This document shows, one piece after another, positions 11,601-24,676 of a stretch of DNA of 64,000 bases (position 1 is its first letter; each line of letters opens with the position of its first letter). The stretch lies in contig OZ237765.1 of assembly GCA_965178125.1 (NCBI GenBank), positions 124,001 to 188,000 on the forward strand, written 5' to 3'. The notes under the pieces were generated by a model, which saw nothing but the letters and a program-made list of their open reading frames with translations, ran no database searches and had not been told where the DNA came from. Origin of the DNA: Bilabrum cf. latius. Its lineage: Eukaryota. The position numbers and the translations under genes are program-made.

Positions 11601-14600
11601 GGTCAACCTATGCCGATGCACCTACAGTCTTTGCCACGTGTGACCCGTCATTGGAAACCATCATCAGATTGGAATGGCTCGGCTTGGCTGAGGCGGGTCC
11701 TGCTGATGCAAGTGCGCTACTATCGCTGCATTCTACCGCGTGCTCAGTCATGGAGTCGCTGCATTCTACCGCGTGCTCAGTCATGGAGTCGCCCGTGCGT
11801 GTCTTGCGGTCGCTGGAGCCACCCCGTGCACTGCTTCGTGTTCGCTCCCTGCTGCTTGTCCACGCGCTGACACTACTGGCTATTGTTGTCTCGCGAGTAC
11901 GGTGCGGGACTGCCGTGCTGTGATGGTCGTGGTTTCGATTCGATCTACGGCGATGGGCTGCGTGGACAGGGCTGTGCGTGGCCGTGGATGGAGTGCGGCT
12001 GCTGGCATTCTCGATCATCGGGTCCTAGGCCTGTGCACTTTCTCGCTCCGGATGAGAAAGGGGCTCCTGATCCAGTTCATGCTGATGCGTTTGGACCTCC
12101 ACATGGAGCTGAGATTGCCTGCAACAGCTGCCACTGCCACTGCCATCATCTTCGACGTCGTTCTCCTCCTCCTCCGTGGCTTCGCTGACAGTGTCCCACC
12201 TCTCTGTCCCCATCTCGATCGAGGCAGCACGCGCCTCTGTCCCAATAACCAGGGATGACCCGCTCGTCACACTGCCATCCAAGGACTGCACCGCTCTTCG
12301 GATGGGTCGCTGTCCTAGTGCAAGGCCGCGGGTGCTCCTGCCCTGCCCGCTGTCGCCACCATGGCCAAAGGGGTAGAGCGGCAAACCGCCATACATTCTC
12401 TCACCACCACCAGCTGCATGAGACGCACCTGCTCCGGGCAGCATACCCCCTTCACTGAGACGATAGTCGCTTCCATCCCAACTTTCTCCGCCGTCCGCCT
12501 CGAGCAGCCCCTCCCTCAACTCCCTCTCGCGGCTGTCCTAGCCATCCGCGCCCCCCACGGCGGAACCCTTGTTCCACGTGACCCTCCGTGAGTGCCCCGC
12601 ACAGATGCACCCGATACCACCCACGCAGCTGGCCAGCAGAACCCACTGCACCATTGCCACTGGCCCCGACAGGGCATGAGATAGACCTGCGCCGCACTCA
12701 TTGGCGTTACGACCGGAACCGCCGTGCAGGCACGGAAGCTCAACGGCTACACTGACACTATCAGGCGCGGCAGCAGGCAGCCAGGCGCCTCCCTCCGCCC
12801 CCGGCCTCTCCCCCCTCAGGATCGCTCCCAGCTGCTGGGCCAGCGTGCCCGCAGATCTGCCCCGCTGCGCCTTTTGCCATCCATCCGATCCGAACAGGAC
12901 GATGGGAAGAGGCTCGAGCCTGATCGTCACATCGACCTCCATGGGGAGGTAGGGGGGCTCTCGGGGCGGAATTGGTGTGACGAGTGAGGGGGTTTCCCTG
13001 TCCGGATCCATATGGGTCTGCGGCAGCGGTGCCCTGACCTGCAGAACAACCACATTGACCACCCGTGTGTCCAAACTGGACTCATTTCTGCCAATAGGCC
13101 TCCTCCGCCTCATCGACGGCTCGAGTCCCTTGGTCCAGGCCTCCCAGTCGGGCCCCACAGCCCCTGCAGCCCCTTCCTGAACCGCCTTGAGCGTGGGGTC
13201 CCACTCCCCTAGCACGTCCATAACATCTGCCTGGATCTCGGCTTCCAGGCGGCCCACCTGCTGCACCGTGGGCTCGGGGTACGCCAAGCCGGGCCCGTCC
13301 ACTTGCCCAGCGAGAGTGGTGTACGCGGAAGGCCACTGGTTTCTATCAAAGAGCAGCGTGAACGACACTGTCGCAGACCCCGTGGGCTCCCGCTGGGCCC
13401 ATGGCGATGCGTCCCAGGACCGCAGGGAACTCGTATCCCTGACGCAACGAACGTTCGGCATGGTCTGGGTGGCGGGGTCAGACCCGGCGCTGCTTTCGCC
13501 ATGGATTCTGTACACCGGTGGATGCCAGTTTGCCCACCTCGTCCAACCGCCGAAACTAGCGACCAGCCCCGGACCCTGCTGATCCGATCTCGGCACCACG
13601 CTGCCGCTCTGCACCAGCGACGGAAACCCGCCCCACGCCGACAGCCACGGTCGTGCCAGAGAAGCGAGCGCCCGCCAGCCACCGCGCCCCTTTGCACTAT
13701 GGCCACCTTCCAGCCCAAGATCCACAGCGATCCTGCCGGGATCGTCACACTCCATCCTACACACCGGCCGCATGAAGAACGCCCCGATGGAAGACGTCTC
13801 CCCGCACGCCCAGTTCCCCCCCCTGATCCTGGGCAGGGACCGGGGGGGAGCATCCGCAACCACCCTCCAGAGGGCCGCCCCCCTGTACCTGGCCTTGGGC
13901 CCCTGGATGGGGGAGGGGTTGTCCAGGGGCGGCCACGCCTGGGAAGGATTCGGAGCGGGAATTGGGACTGGGGTTGTGGCCGGTTCCCCCGCGGCGATTT
14001 GAATCTCGCCCACGGTCGCGTTTGGCCACGCAGCCCCGCTGTGGCCAGCCATGCCCTAGGTGTCCAGCTGGCCGCCCATGGCAGCCGCGCGGGTGGAAGA
14101 GGCCGCGGGGTAGTCGCTGTGGATGAGGTCCACGTCCCAATCCACCGGTGGATCGGCCGTGGCGCCGACCCTGTGCGCCACCGAGCATCCGAACCGAGGC
14201 ACCTGAGCCCCCAGGGGCATCGCCTGCAGCTCCTCGCGGATCCACCGGCGGATCGCTCCGTACTGCTCGATCGATCCAGGGGATAGCCCAGGCGGCATCG
14301 CCGGGGAGCAGTTCCGGTGTATCACGCAGGAGGGGTCGTCCAGCAGCACCGAGATCGCAGTCACCTCGGGGTATCCAAAGGGCACCCTGTTGAACCCGTT
14401 GCTTGTCTCCAGCGCGCTGCACACCTGGAAGCCGCTGTCCAGCACGATGGGCACGTCTGGGTCTGCATTCGATCGGGCTGTCATGTCAGTCCGACTTTGG
14501 CCACTGTACGCGCCGGCGTGGCTGGTTTCACCACCCCTCCGTGGCCCGGTCGGCTTGTACGGGGACCACACGTTGTGGGGTATCGTGGGCAGGGACCACA

Positions 14601-15864
14601 TGACCTGCACCACGTGCCGCGGGTTGATGCGCCAGGGGTAGCTATCGTTGGATGACGAGGCCCCAACCCTGCCCCCAACCCCGCGCCGAGCCCCTGCCCC
14701 GCCCCCGGCCATGCCGAGTTCCTTTTCCTCCTTCGCACCCGTCTGCCAGTTCACAGCCATCTCGGCCACCGTCCCAGGCGGGTACACCACCGTGAGAAAC
14801 TGCTGCCACCGGTTGAATGCACCACCCCCGTCCGTTGCCCCAGGAAACCGCTTGGTCCCGGGGGCCCGGGGCAGCGCGAAGGTCGTCCCCGTAATCTGCT
14901 ACTGCGCCAGGCTGGTCTGGTTGCCCTCGAACGACGGAAGCAGGGACAGTTCCGGTCTGGCGGGGTGCGTCTCGCACTCCTCCGCACTCGTCACATTGAC
15001 CGGCTCTCGCCAGGCCATGGCCTGCCTGCACGTGTCGTTGGGCGCGATGGGCACGTCCATCGGGGTGCATGCCTCGCTGAGCACCGGCCTGGGGCACCGA
15101 AGCATGGGCAGCACCATGGTCGCAGCTTGCTGGTACTGGCCCGTGTAGTCCAAGGCATACATGCTGGAGGCGCCGTGGCCCACGTGTTCGAACCTCCAGG
15201 GCTTTGAATGGATGTGGGGCGGCTTACCGTGCCTGTCCCATGGGACCGGCATCCAGGGCTGGGGCTGTTCCCCAGAGTGGGCGTCGCCCCAGTAACGGCC
15301 GTGGGAGCCCATCCAAAGTGACCCCGTGGTTCTGGTCGCAACCGTGCTGGGCTGCTGGAAGACCATCACCCACTCCTCTGTGGTCCACGGCTCGACCGAT
15401 CGGGTGGGCGGAAGGAGCGCGCTGATCCTGGGGGGCTGCCCCGTGCCGTAGGGCGGCTCCTGCGGGGTCAGGGCGGCGGGAGTGAGCCCTCCGGAGGTCG
15501 ACATGATCGACGGTGTTAGCGCCGCTGCTGCCGCCGGCGGGGTCCTTTCACTCGTCACACCACGGGCGCCCAGCGTGGGTCGGTGTCCGCCTGGTCCCAC
15601 GGGCCAGCTCCAGTGGGCCGTAGGCACCTTGTCCTGCTGCTAAAGAATCGGGGGAAATGGAAGCTTGTAGAGGTTGCAGCCGGCCCGGTCGGCCCCCTCG
15701 GGAGACGGGCGAGCAGCTGCCTGGTCCCAGCGGAGAACGCGGTGCGACCTGTGCTACGAGCCGCTGGCTGTCCTGCCTATCCCCAGCGTGGATGGTCCCG
15801 GGGCCGCCATCCACGAAGCTGCGGAAACCAGCATGAAAATGTATTTGATTGCGTACGGTGACAT
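8668..15864 (-). CDS. Giant intronless predicted membrane/secretory protein (about 2398 aa with TAG=Gln), unknown function
   Basis: Eleven minus-strand track ORFs (8668..8958 through 14899..15627) share one frame and are separated only by TAG (15 TAGs; gaps checked, no TAA/TGA). Hydrophobic N-terminus MSPYAIKYIFMLVSAASWMA; TM-like segments VAMVQWVLLASCVGGIGCICAG, LPALALFLALGLALLHRILLLLGLG and MAVFACVGWALVCIVGG; ends at TGA 8668. Confidence 0.75.
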
Positions 15865-17100
15865 ATGGCATCATTACGAACGACCCTTGCGTATTAATTT
15901 GACGGCATTACCGACGAAAGCCCCTCACCGTTGCATGCTGAACCGTTGGACTGCACGGGCACGCCGAGCGGTACTGAGACCTGAGGACCAGCTGCTTGAA
16001 TAGCACTCCACACATCTATACCAACTGCCTGATCTGTACATGTGTATGCAAGGATGATGCACATGGAGAGAGCCCTCATCGGAAATAATGTGCGCATGGT
16101 CATGACAGTCGATCCTAGCCTCTCAAAATCAAGCGAATTGCGATGTCCTACAAGAACGTATCATTAATAAATCAACACTCGGCATTTTAACTGCCTGTGA
16201 TGCATGTTTCGAGAGTATTAGCTTAATTCAACAATCAGGTGAACGAACGTTCTACCCCTCAACTGGTCGCATTTTTAGTACGTGGTCGCACTACAGGTTA
16301 AGCATAATGGATCCCGGGAGCGTGCGCTTGCACGCGTGCCTCGAACTACACGCAGCATCTGCGCCATGGCGCCTGCCGAGTTGGCAGAGCTGGCATGTAG
16401 CATGCAGCAACCAGACCAGACCGTGGCCAAGCCGACTTGGCTAGCAATCATCATGCAGGCTAGGTCTTCCATCTGCACTCGCCGATTCACCGGCGCCTAG
16501 CTTTTCCTAGGCCCTTGCAACCACCCTGGCCATAGCACACATAGATGCACCCCGCAAGACACGCGCGCCCTGACCCTCAAGGGTACGTACCCACCGCCGT
16601 TAATCCACGCCGGATGAGTCCTGAGGGTACCTGACCATCAGGTTGGGGGCCCGAGGGAACAAGTGCTGGGCAGGGTCGAGCCTGACCCCTGCCAGCAATC
16701 ACTGCTCCCAGGCGCCGGATATACCAATTGCGCCTCGAAAAGGGAATCATTCAGACACCGAGTGGGACGTCAGAGGGAAGGGCGATGACGATGAGTAGGG
16801 ACCGGACGGCCGGCGGTGGAGGCACCGGAGGAGATTCGCAGGACCACTAGCTGGGCGGCTAGAGGGTCAGCCGGCTGCCACACGGAGTTGGTGAGAAGTG
16901 AAGGGGCGGGAGTAGTAGGCTGGGATAGTGCGTCTGGTTGGGGGAGACTGGGCCGAGTGAGCCCAGGATGCCTCTTTCAAGGTTCGTAGCGAACGTGCGC
17001 CGAACCCATCAGATCCACCGGTTGCTGTTGCCGCAACCCCGGGACATTGAGCTCCCATCGCTTCGATCCAATGCTTTATTTTGGTTTCTATACGCATTAA

Positions 17101-20100
17101 ATGAGTGGGGGATTTCGTTTGCCCAACCATGAGGCCGTGACGTACCGAACGCCCTCTATCTCCGCGCTTCGAGCATCTGGGTCTAGTACGCTACCATCCA
17201 TCGAGGGTGGGTGGTCGTACCCAGTGGCCGTTGCACCTGGTTCTTGGTTTTGGAGATTATTATGCCCATTTCCAGATCCCAGCATGGGATGCAAGCTGAG
17301 GAGGCTGCAGCTGGAGGTGGTGGACACCGTCGTGCTCTCCGAAGGCGGTTTGGGCGAGCACGTCCTCACGGATGCAGCCGCGGCCGCCCGCCGAAGCCTC
17401 CGCCCCTCCGGTCGACGAAATCCCAAATTAGGTTATACATCGATTCCGATTCGGGCGCTGGAAGCCGCTCGCCGCGCCATCGATCCGCTACGCGCGTCCG
17501 GGACGATCGGGAGCGCCGGGGCGCGTCTGTACGCAACGGGGCCTGCGGGGTTCGTGCGGTGCATCTGCAGCGCGGATGACGAGGAACTAGGGTTGGCGCT
17601 CGGGATGGGACCGGGCCCGGGCGGTTTTCCCGGGGGGGCTGGTGCTGGTTTGTAGGGGGAGGCGAGCAGCACCACAGGCGCCCTCACAGGAGCAGGTTTG
17701 CTCCGCCGATGGGCGGCGCTGAGTCGGAGGGATCTGCGTGTAGTGGGGAAGATGGGCGCGAACGGCGGGGCTGCGGCTGCACTGGACCGACTGGGCGTAC
17801 CCCTCGGGGTAGAAAGGCGGCTGCGTGCCCGCCTGGAGGGGATGGCGGGCGCCGCGCGGAGGTAGGTTCCGTTGAGGGTGAGTTCCCTGGGCTGTGGTGT
17901 GTCCGTGGCGGAGGCCCCCCACTGCGCACGGCTGGTGGAGCACTGTTCCCTGGAATGCCAGGCGGGTCACGCGGGTAGGGACACGGCGGAGAGGGACGTC
18001 GCAATGAGGGTGAGGGCGCTCTGGGTGGGTGCAGCGCACGGTGGTGCGGGGGATGGGCCGGGGTAGGACGCGGCGGGACCGAAGGGGCGGCGAGGGAGGC
18101 GCGGCTCGCTGGAGGGTGGCGCCGAGGGCGACTCGGAGTCGTATGTCTCCGGAAGGCTGCCAGGCGAGGTGCTGGATGCTGGGCACGAGCTCCAGCGGTG
18201 GGTACCCTGCCTGCGGGGCGGGCGTGTGACGAGTGTGAGGGTGCACTGGCGGGCCAAGGGGTTGCCTAGGCCCTCCCCCGCTGGGTGGGCGCTGACGGGG
18301 GGACACCACTGCGGCAGGCACCTGCGGGCTGGGCTGGGCCTGGGCCTGGGTCTAGGGGAGAGGGCAGCTGGGAGGGGGGATGTTCCGCCGTAGCAGCGGC
18401 GCCGCGCGAGCGTGCCTGCGTTGAGCCAACGAAACAACCGTGCGGCTAGCATGAGTGGAACACTGCCAGGGGTTGATGGTGGAAGGGGCGATCCTGAGGG
18501 GGATGGAGATGGGGATAGCGTTGTGCCTCTGGACGTGGGCAGCCGGGGGGAGAGAGCGCGGAGGAAACGGGGTCTTCTGTCGTCGGTTTCGCGAGAACAG
18601 GTGCTCCAAGAGGCGCTCCTCGCGCAGGTGCGTCCCAGCGATGCTCTCGACGACGGGCGAGGGAACAAGGATAGCAGGAGACCTCCCTTGACAGCCGCAG
18701 GGGGGGAAAGCAACCCCCAGGCGAATCAGGGGCCCGGCCCTGGTTCCGCAGGAGCTGGCGCCGCGGTACTCACCCCGATCGTGGGCGAGGACGGGGTGTC
18801 GGAGCAACTCCACGGGTGCGAGCGGCTGGCAGAGCACGTGTCCGCCGCGCTGGGGAGCCCCAAGAACCTATTTTCTGACCTGGTGTGCGACTTTGTGAGG
18901 GTGCCGGGCGGGTCAGCGGCCGCATCTGCGGTGAGGACCAGCAGGGGCCGAGAAAGAGCCCGTGAGAGGCGCTCTAATGGTGAGGGCGCCAGGCGTGGCT
19001 CCCGAGCTAGCGATGGAAGTGCTGCTGGTGCGCGAGAACAAGGTGCTGCCGATGGGTTGGAGGAGGCGCACGGTACCGAGGGAGTGTGGGCGCTGCTGCG
19101 GGTTAGGGCCTTTGGGCTGTTGCCGGAGCATCCAAAAGGGGGTTAGGGCTCGAGGACGGTGAAATAGCGGTGGGAAACTGGCATGGAGGTGCATGGCATG
19201 GTAGTGCAGTCGAAGGAAGGGGCCCATGGGAGCAGTCGGGGCCGTGTGGCAGGCGTGCGGGGGGCACTCACAGGACGCGATGTCGATGTCGATGTCGATG
19301 TCTCCAGCGCTCCTGCATCTCGTGAGATGGCTGCAATGGCCGATGCACGGCTGGTGGGCTCGATGAAATTGGGCAGACAAGATGCCGAGCAGCAGTTAGG
19401 TGGACTAGGAGTGCATGCACGTGCTGATGCCGTGCACCGCAGGAGGAAAAGGCCACAGTCAGCGGCGGCGATTTCCACGCGGCGGGGCATGGATCGCGGC
19501 AGGGGCAAACGCAACTACCCACATGTTGGAAACTTGCCATCAAAGAGTCGCTCCCAAGACCTCCTTGGGTCGCTGGGAGAGGGGGGCTCCAGCGGCGAAG
19601 AAGGGGGGGGCAAGTGGCAGCCGGGGGCATCCATGGGTCGCTGGGATTCCGCCCCTTTGCTGCCCCCCGTGGCGCGAGTGGCTGCGGGCTCGGCGGGGCC
19701 AGAGCTCGTCACACGGCCCGTCGGTAACCACGGTCTTCACGGTGCTCATGAGCATGGTGACGAGTGGGGGACTCCGCACGACGGCCAGCAAACGGTCCCG
19801 CAGCCCCGGACCCGCCGAGTGTCGTTCGCACGGGACGTAGCAAGGCGCAACGAGGCCTTTATCAACAACGCTAGAGTGACCCTGGCCCATGGACAGGATG
19901 CGTTAGAGACCCAAACGAGGCATAGGATGGCGGAGATTGAGGCCCGTGTGCGCGCTGCCACGGCACACCCGGGCCCGTACAGCAAGGAGGTCGTGTTTGT
20001 GAGGCACCGGGAGGCGCAATCCAGGCCCGCGAGGGTCATGCTGTCGCCCCCCCGGCCCCTGGACCGCTTGCCTGTGGCCCCGCCCGCTCTGCTCAGCGCC

Positions 20101-23100
20101 GCAGCGCTGGCACTCGTGTACTGGCCCCAGCTGTCCCCCGCGGTGGAGCGCGTCAGGATCGGGCCCAGGGGCGTGTTACTGCAGATGTCGCAGGGTGAGG
20201 GAGCCGAGACCGGGGGCCACACGCAGGACGCTGCAGGAGGGCTGGATGCACTGCACGCAAGGGGTCGCCCCAGCACGGCTGCAAAGGAGGGGGGCAAGCA
20301 GGAGGAGCAGGAGCAGGAGCATGACCGAAAATGGCCCAGGGGAGTGCGGCTGCTGCCCCCCGTCACTGGCACCGGGGGACCCGCTGGCCCCGCCCATGGT
20401 GGGGACAACCCCCCCGATATTGGGGTCCACGAAGAGGCTCCAGAGCCTGCAGATGTGTACTGGATGCCTGGGGAACACGGGCTTGTGCGGTACGCCCTGA
20501 CCCTTCCCCCCGACCTGCGGGCCGATGCAGGGGGGGTGTTTGACCCGCAAGGCGCGCTGGCCGGGAGCCAGCAGCTGCAGAGTCTTGGTCTGCTGGAGAA
20601 TGCCGAGGAGGATCCTCAACATGGAGACATCCTAGACATGGAGGGGAAGAGGCGGGGTGGAACGGGGAATGCCAGTGCTGACGGTGTAGGTGGTAAGACA
20701 GGTGGCAGCGGGCCGGTGCTCGGTTCGGGCATGCCGCTGCTGATGGGTGAGGGAACAACGGACCCTGTGGACGAGGACATTGCTGTGCTGGCCCTCCGTA
20801 CCAACCAGAGGGCGCCGACCCCCTCCAAGACCCTCCCGCGCAAGCTGCTGAGGCTAGCCAGGGAGTCAGAGGCGAGGCGGGTGGCGGGCTTGCTGGGGGA
20901 GGAAGGTGAGCAGCGGAGCGGCGATGAAGGAGTCACAGGGGGGGGCTATGGGGGGAGTGAGCGGCGGCGGCTGGTGGGTGCAGTCCATGGTAGTGCAGGT
21001 GCCAAGGACAATGCTCGCGCCGGTGCTGTCCATTCGGGGACACACCTGTTGTCACAGGCGGTGCGAGCATCGAAAAGCGCGAGACCAGGGCAGGCAGCTC
21101 CACCAGTCAGAGAACAAAACCAGGGCAAGCTAGTCCATGACGGGTGGAGCTACCTCCCCGTGCCCGTCACGCTTCCCTTCGACTGCGGGGACCTGCACGC
21201 TCACCAAGGCAGTGGCAGTGCGATGCACTCCACTGGGGGCCCTGGTGCCGATGCTGAACTAGACAAGTCGCAGCGCAGGCAGCTGATGGGGCGCCTGGCC
21301 AGACGAGGCTCGGTGGTTGCGGCTCCAGATGATCAGGACGGGACCAACACTCTTCACAGAGTGACCAACACTCTCGGAGTGTCCCTGGAGCAGGCCGTTG
21401 TTCCCTCGGTGGTGGGCGCCCAGGATGCGTGGTTCCTGCACGTGCATGCCGTGGCACGGTCGCAGGGGCAGTCGCTGGGTAGGCAGCAGCCAGGGCTGCT
21501 CCCACCCGGCGCGGCGCTGCGGTCCGCCCGCACTTCCGACCTGACGTCAGTTCCGCTGCTCATGTACGGCGAGGTGGCGGCTCTGGCTGGTTCAGTGGGA
21601 GTGAGGCAGGCGGGCTGGTTCGGGGCATCCAGGCGCAGGGGAAGGGCGGGTGGGGTCGGCAGTGCTGGCGCTGCCAGGAGTGGTGGCTTGGGCGGACAAG
21701 CTGATGGAATTGCTGCGATGCGCTTGTCCCTGCCTTCCTCATTTTCCTCCTCCTCCTCTAAGGGCACCTAGAGCAGAGGCAAGAAGCGGCGGGCGGGAGC
21801 TGCCAGCAGCACGGATCCCTCGTGGTCCAGGCACCGGTGCCCTATGTGCGGCGCTTGGCAGAGGAGGGAACACCTGCCCTTCGAGTCCACGGTGAAGCGA
21901 CTGCGGGATACTGCCACCGCACTCGTCAGGCGGCTGCCTGCCCACATGCTGTGGTCGGTTCCAGAGGCCGTTTGGAGGGTGCTTGCAGATGCATAGAGCG
22001 GGGCACCCGTGTCCTTTCGACTGCTCCAAGGGGGGGTAGAGGGGGGAGGGATCGACTCGCTCGGTGGTCTGGAGCCGCAGGAAATTCGGAGGGTGCTTGC
22101 ACCAGCTGTGCTCGCATCGGCGTGGGCCTGTGACTCGGGATTTGACCGCGTGCCGTCAGATAGGCTAGGGGCGTTCTATTGCGGGAATCGGACCCGGGCG
22201 GACCAGCAGCAGACTCGAGCCGCTTCTACTGGTATCATGTTTGACGGGCGTGGGTCCTTTTTGGGAGAGAACAACGCTCTGGCGGATCCGCTAGATACCG
22301 CGACGACTGTCGATGGCCAGCACCCGCGCCAGCACGCGGGCCATGCAGGCATGGAGACAAAGGCTGGAGAAGAGGACGGGGGCGGTGCAAGGACGCCGAT
22401 GGCGAGCACAGTGTCTGGCATGCTGCGGCGCTCGCTGAGCAGCCGCCGCAGGATCTCAAGTATAAGTTCGGCTGCCATCGCCAGGCAGGGCAGCAGCCGC
22501 AGCATGGGGAGTGAGCTGGGCCAGGGCATGGACGCGGCCCGGAGAACAGTGCGATCGGGTGAATCCCCGCACGGGCCGCGCCCCCGTGCATTGATATCGA
22601 CGGCAGCGGAGAGCGTGGGCGACGACGAAAAAGGAGATCCTTTCGATGCTGCGGCGGGGCTGGATGGTCCAGGTGGCAGCCCCGTCGGCCTCGGTGGAGG
22701 CAAGAGATTAGATTCCGGGTACTGGACCGGAGGCGGTCGTAAGGGTGGAGGTATGGGTGGCAGTGGCGGCAGACGGCCCGTCACTGTGGCCGGATCTGTG
22801 GGTGCCGGTGCGCTGGGGGGCGACAGAGCGGCCCAGCTGAAGCAGACCAGTCACATCCGATCGCAGACGGTGCGCGTGTGTGCCCTGTGCGCCGAGTTGC
22901 AGCTCCGGATGGAAAGACTCGCGGCCACCGCGCTGGAGACGATCGAGCTCGTGGGGTTTCTGTCCGTGTCCCCCCCGGGGCCTCATGCCGCCCAACGGAC
23001 ATATTTAGCCCGGCAAACCGACGCGCCTGCATCTGCAGAGCAGGCACAGGCACAGGCACAGGCACAGGAGTATGAGATTGATGCAGCTCTCGAGTTGGAC

Positions 23101-24622
23101 GAGTTGTCCATGTGCGGGGCATCGGCCTTGCTTGCCACGGCTGGTGGACTAGTCCGAACCTTTGACGACAGCATCGCAGCCGACGTGTCCTCCAGGGTAT
23201 CTCGCCGTGCCAAGTCCTCGTGGCTCGCCCTGGCGGCGTCATCCCATGGCGTGGGCTCGCTTGGGTTTCTTCAGCAGAAAAGAAGGCGGCAAGATGCCGG
23301 CCTTCCCTCGCAGGCAGAGGTGGGAATGGTGCTTGCGGCGGGCAGGAGACGGTCCCTCGCAGGGAGCATCGAGGGCGCGATGGGCATGCCTGGGGGGTTG
23401 GGGCAGGCCGCCCAGGGGATCGGAGCTCTGTTCGGCGGCGCCATGATGCTGTCCGCGGCAGGCGCGGGAGGTCAAGGGGGCGCCGCGCAGTTCCAGGGGC
23501 GTGTTCCGCCGCAGCCCCACCGCCGAGCTTCTGTGTCAGGCACGGAGCACGAGGAGCACAGGAGACCTAGGTTGAAGCGGAAGCTGTCCATGTCCCTTGG
23601 ACTGGCGCTGGACCTGCCCAGGGATCACATGGCGCAATTGCATGGAGTCGAACACCATGAGCACGGTGAAACGCACGGTGGTGCGCACAGCGCCGGCCCC
23701 CAGATGGGCCCATTGGTACCGCCGGCCCCTGGCAGGCGCCGACTCCCCGCCCTCGTGCCTCCAAATGGACCCCCGACGGATGGCTCCACGAGTGGCCAGT
23801 CCCTCCATCCCCATGGTGAGGACTAGTCACACAGGTGGCAGTAGACCCAAGGGCACCTGCGAGCAACCAGGACCGCAAGAGGCTCGCCGCTGCCACCACC
23901 CATCCAAGCAAACCAGAGGTCTTGGACCGCCCCTCAACAGCCCGCACCTTCTGCTTCCCAGGGATCTGCCACCACCGCCGGTGATTCCATCGTTCCAAGT
24001 ACAGCTTCAAGAAAGAGTGGCCCCCGGGGGTCCAGCACGCGCGACATGCGTCGGAGCCGGAGCACGATCGGCCAGCGGGGGTTCTGGCGAGGGCTCGCAT
24101 GGTCCAAGGCAGGACGAGGGGGCGCCTCTGTTCTAGGCGCCCTCGCTCTATCCCGCCCCAAGGAGCGGTTCAGAGAGATGAGGGAGAGGATGGGGGCGGA
24201 TGCAGGGCCTGGGGTCAGGCGGGGGAGCAAGCAGGGTGGCCTGCAGCTGGGGCCTGCAGGTGGTGGCAGAGGGCCAGACAGCGCGGGGCCATTCAGTGGT
24301 ACTTCTGGTCCGCGGCGTGGGTCCGTGTCCGGAGAGGCATTGGTGGGCAAGGGCAAGGCCGTTGCTAGCGGTGGCAATGCAGGAGTGGGGAGTGGCGGAA
24401 CGCCGCAGTTTCCAGAGGCCGTGTGCGCGGCTCGCCTGCTGGTGGGCCTCAATCGGCTTGACGTGGACCCGCTGGGGTGGCAGGGGATCCGCCGGGTGTG
24501 CAAGCAATGGCTGGCGGCGCAGATGCATGGGCGGGGGCATGGGCATGATGCGCATCAGCATCAAGGGGCCCATGGAGCGCATGGTGGCCTGAAGGGGTCA
24601 TAGGGTATACGAGCAGCTGAAG

Positions 24623-24676
<54 letters not shown>

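Noticed and set aside
11715-11791. 33-bp tandem duplication (tcgctgcattctaccgcgtgctcagtcatggag) and the 12-bp repeats at 618-670
   Set aside because: Ordinary in-frame coding slippage repeats.
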